NCBI RefSeq assembly: GCF_902713615.1
Contig: NC_052152.1
Coordinates: 37,795,810-37,859,809, forward strand
DNA length: 64,000 nt
Source of the DNA: Scyliorhinus canicula
Taxonomy: Eukaryota
Direction of reading: 5' to 3'
This document shows positions 60,501-64,000 of this stretch, piece by piece (within the stretch, counting starts at the first letter, position 1; each line of letters starts with the position of its first letter). The notes under the pieces are model-generated. The model was given only the letters and a program-made list of their open reading frames with translations. It did not search any database and was not told the DNA's origin. The position numbers were made by a program, and so were the translations under genes.

Positions 60501-62640
60501 TGCTTAAACATCAGAACCGGCATGCGATAGGACATGTGATAATGCAAAGTGATCTCTCAACCAACGGATTGGATTAATGTTCTGCACACTCAGTTGTGGA
60601 TGGTGGTGGACAGTTAAACAACTCGAGAAGAAAAATGCTGCACAAACGCCCCCATCCTCAATGATGTGAATGCCCAGAACATCAATCCAGAAGACATGGC
60701 TGAAGCATTGCAACCACCTTCAGCCGCAAGTGTAGTGGATGATCCATATCAACCACCTGTGATCCCCAGCATCACTAATGTGATATCAAGAAATTTCTGA
60801 AACACTGGATATAATCAAAGGCTATGGACCCTGAAAACATCCCAGCTGGTAGAATTGAAGGCTTGTGCTCCAGAACTAGCCCCCCCCCCACCCCCTGGTC
60901 AGCTGTTCAAGTACAGCTACCACACTGGCGTCTGCCTGATGAGGTTGGAAATTGCCCTGGTATATCCTGTCCATAAAATGCAGGACAAATCTAATCCAGC
61001 CAATTAACAGTACATCAGTCTACTCTCAATCATCAGTAAAATGGTGGAAGCTGTCAATGACCATGCTACCAAGTAGCACTCGGCAATAATAATTTTTTTA
61101 TTAAGGGGCAATTTAGTGTGGCCAATCCACCTAAACTACATCTTTGGGTTGTGGGGGCTGAGACCCACGTAGACATGGGGCAAATGTGCAAACTCCCACA
61201 GACAGTGACCCAGGGCCGGGATTCGAACTCGGGTCCTCAGCGCCGCCAGTCCTAGTACTAACCGCTGCGTCACATGCTGCCCTCGCTTAGCAGTAATCTT
61301 CACTGATGTTCATTTAGTTCAGACAGGTCACTAAGCTTCAGGCCTCATCACAACCTTGCTGCGAACGTGGAAGAAAAAGCTGAATTCAAGAGGTAGTTTA
61401 AGGTTACTGCCTTGAGATCAAGGTAGCATTTGAATGAGATGGCATCCAGGAACCCTAGCAAAATTGAATTCAGCGGAAATCAGAAGAAAACTCCATTGGT
61501 TGGAGTCAAACCTCTCGCACAAATGATTTTGGAGACCACCTCAGGCTCAGTACATCACTGCAGGAATTCCTCTGGGCAGTGACCCAGGCCAAATCATCCA
61601 GTTGCATCATCAATGACTTCCATCCAACATACAATCAAAAGTGGTGATGTACGCTGCTTGCACACACTGTTCTGTACCATTTGCAACTTTTCAGATACTG
61701 AAACCGTCTGTGTCCAGCAAGGCCTGGTCAACATTCAAGCTCGGTCTGATATATGGCAAGTACCATTTGTGTCAGTGTCAGGTAATGGCCATCTCCAACT
61801 TGAGAGAATCTAACCATCTCTATGGCATTCAACAGCTATTACCATTACTGAGTTTCCCTCCATCAGCATCCTAAGGATTACCATTGACCAGAAACTAACT
61901 GAACCAGCAATAGATCAGAGGCTGGGAATTCTTGGGTGGGTAATGCACCTCCCTGACTCGCTAAAAAACTGTTAACCATCCACAAGGTGCAAGTCAGAAG
62001 TTTGATGGCATATTCGCCACTTGCCTGGATGAGCTCAGCTCCAACAACAGTCCATAGGGTCAATACAGTCCAGGGCAAGGGCAGCACGGTGGCGCAGTGG
62101 GTTAGCTCTGCAGCCTCACGGCGCCGAGGTCCAGGTTCTATCCTGGCTCTGGGTCACTGCGTGTGGAATTGGCCATGCTAAAATTGCCCCTTAATTGGAA
62201 AAAATTAATTGGGTACACTAAATTTATTTTAAACTATCCGGCAAAGCAGCCAGTATGATTGGTATCCCATCCACCACCTTAAAAATCTCTCCCACCACCA
62301 GAGCACAGTGGCAGCAGTGTATACCATCTACAAGATGGACTGCAGCAACTCACCAAGGCTCCTTTGACAGTGTGTTGTACACCCTGTAATCTCTACCACC
62401 TAGAAGAACAAGAGAAACAGCTGCAATGGAACACCGCGCCAGCTGCACATCATTCGGACTTCAAACTAAGTCGCCGTTCCGCTGGGCAAGATCCTGGAAT
62501 TCCCTTTCTAACAGCACCGTGGGTGTATCTATAACCGGATGGACTGCAGTGGTTCAAGAAGCTAATTCATTGCCATGTTCGTGAGGAGAAACTAGAGATG
62601 GGTAATAATGTTGGCATTGCCAGTAATGCTCATATCTCAA
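57600..62640. mobile_element. Degenerate CR1/L2-group LINE pieces (57600-59250 -, 59915-62640 +) with nested SINEs (58758-59080 +, 59597-59912 +, 61095-61283 -, 62079-62232 +)
   Basis: RT-like remnants (GPENIP, NPANxQYISLLS) and the shared tail gatggg(c/t)aataa(a)tgctggc; SINE heads and cores. Confidence 0.65.
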
Positions 62641-63768
62641 TAACAAACAGAATATTAAGAGCCTGATACGGTGAGTTGTACATGAGATGTATATTTGACT
62701 TGAAAATGATTCTGATTGCCAATGTCTAGTATACGTTAACAAATATTAGTGCGATAGGGTGCCTTTATCTTGCATAAACAAAATATTGGATCTCTTGGGC
62801 AGAAAATAACCCCATGGTCATTTGTAGCAATTAATTTGCAATTTTTATATACTTTTTGACCTTTATACAATGGATCTTTTTTCCTGGATTGTTTTGAGAG
62901 CTTCAAGTACGTCATCAGATGTCAACTTTTCAGTCCAATTTTTTAAGTTTATTATGAAGTAGTATTGCATTTATATAACTCCTTGCACATCCTCAGAATA
63001 TCTCAAAGCACGTGATGGATAATGTTACTTTAGAGGTGTAGCCACTTTAATTTGCAGGTTAATATGATCAATTTATGTACAAATCTTGTAAACAGCAAAC
63101 CAGTTTAATGACTGATTTTGTTTGGTTTGGTGATGAGGGATAAATATTGGCTCAATATTGGGAAAGATCTACTTTCTTAGAATAAGTTCTCATGGCACAA
63201 TTCAACCTGAACTGAGAGAGAGTTTCTAAACCTAACAATAACGAGTTTGTATATAGGTAATCTTTTACGAGTGAAGAAAAAATACAATCCGTAGGCACTT
63301 TTGCTTTTGTACTTTTCATAAGGTCAAATTCAATTTATCCATTTTTTAAACAACTTTTATGCTTACAATGAATATATTTGCTTGGTTACTGATCACAGGC
63401 TCTTTAAAATGATGTCTCAATACCCATCAGGCATTGCAGCCTCTCCATATAATCAGTAAAGGTTTTTGTTGGTGCTGCTTTTTGTTTGGGAGAACTCAAT
63501 TATTGTGTGTGCATGTATGTATGTATGGTGTCACGGCTAAATGGCCTTCCAAGCAAGATATTAAGGACTCTAATGATGACTTTTTTGATGGTGAATCACC
63601 ATTGTACTTTTGTATCAAGAATGTGCAAAATGTCTCCTCCATTCTGTACCAGAATTTGGAAGAACCCAATTCTTCCAACCTATTTTAATACGGTTGGGCT
63701 TGAAATATTATACCTGTATTACAGAAGGTTGATAATTGGTTAATGGAATCCTTTATTTCTACCCGTAG

Positions 63769-63826
63769 AGTGAGCCAGAGGAAATGCCCCCTGAAGCAAA
63801 AATGCGCAATGAAGCAATATGGGACG
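63769..63826 (+). CDS. PCNP: PCNP exon 4 (2 nt longer than expected); gene continues beyond the window
   Basis: ccgtag| SEPEEMPPEAKMR, then disturbed (M)K(N)xGR |GTATGA. Confidence 0.88.
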
Positions 63827-64000
63827 GTATGATTTTAATGATTTCAACAACTGAAGTTCAAAGCAGCAAGCTATACTCAATGGGTGCACGCACCTATGAG
63901 CTGTATACCAGTGAGGCATTGTTAGTTAGTGTAAGATGTAACCCTTGAAGAATACTCTAGAGCTTGGATGCAAGAAATAATGAGGTACAGTAAAAGCCAA

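Noticed and set aside
50714-63826. PCNP as a processed pseudogene
   Set aside because: It has introns with canonical GT-AG sites, a CpG promoter and the syntenic position.

Overview
Vertebrate genomic DNA from a cartilaginous fish. The V-SINE/HE1-type SINEs, CR1-group LINEs and Penelope remnants point to a shark, probably catshark-like (inference). Two host genes lie on the + strand. TRMT10C has an intact single-coding-exon ORF (3873-5195, 440 aa) with a putative non-coding first exon. PCNP has exons 1-4 (50714-63826; the gene continues past the window), and their small indels look like consensus errors. The ~45 kb between the genes is almost entirely nested transposons: two full-length Ty3/gypsy LTR elements with 5-bp TSDs (18389-23273 +, 26448-31682 -), further fragments and solo LTRs of that group, Mag-type gypsy relics with a tRNA-Ser PBS, CR1/L2, Rex1/Babar and L1-type LINE relics, Harbinger-like and hAT MITEs, Penelope fragments and about 20 SINEs. 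The most interesting signal is in the full-length gypsy group. It has no tRNA primer-binding site; instead the first 13-16 nt after the 5' LTR are complementary to the LTR's own poly(A)-signal region, with different sequences but the same geometry in two divergent elements. The same group also shows a conserved U3/R hairpin, a hairpin over the polypurine tract, a YLDN (not YXDD) RT motif and arrays of YY1-type motifs. Together these suggest a tRNA-independent self-priming and/or poly(A)-occlusion switch. Penelope remnants carry a minimal hammerhead ribozyme with a compensatory U3-A8 core.
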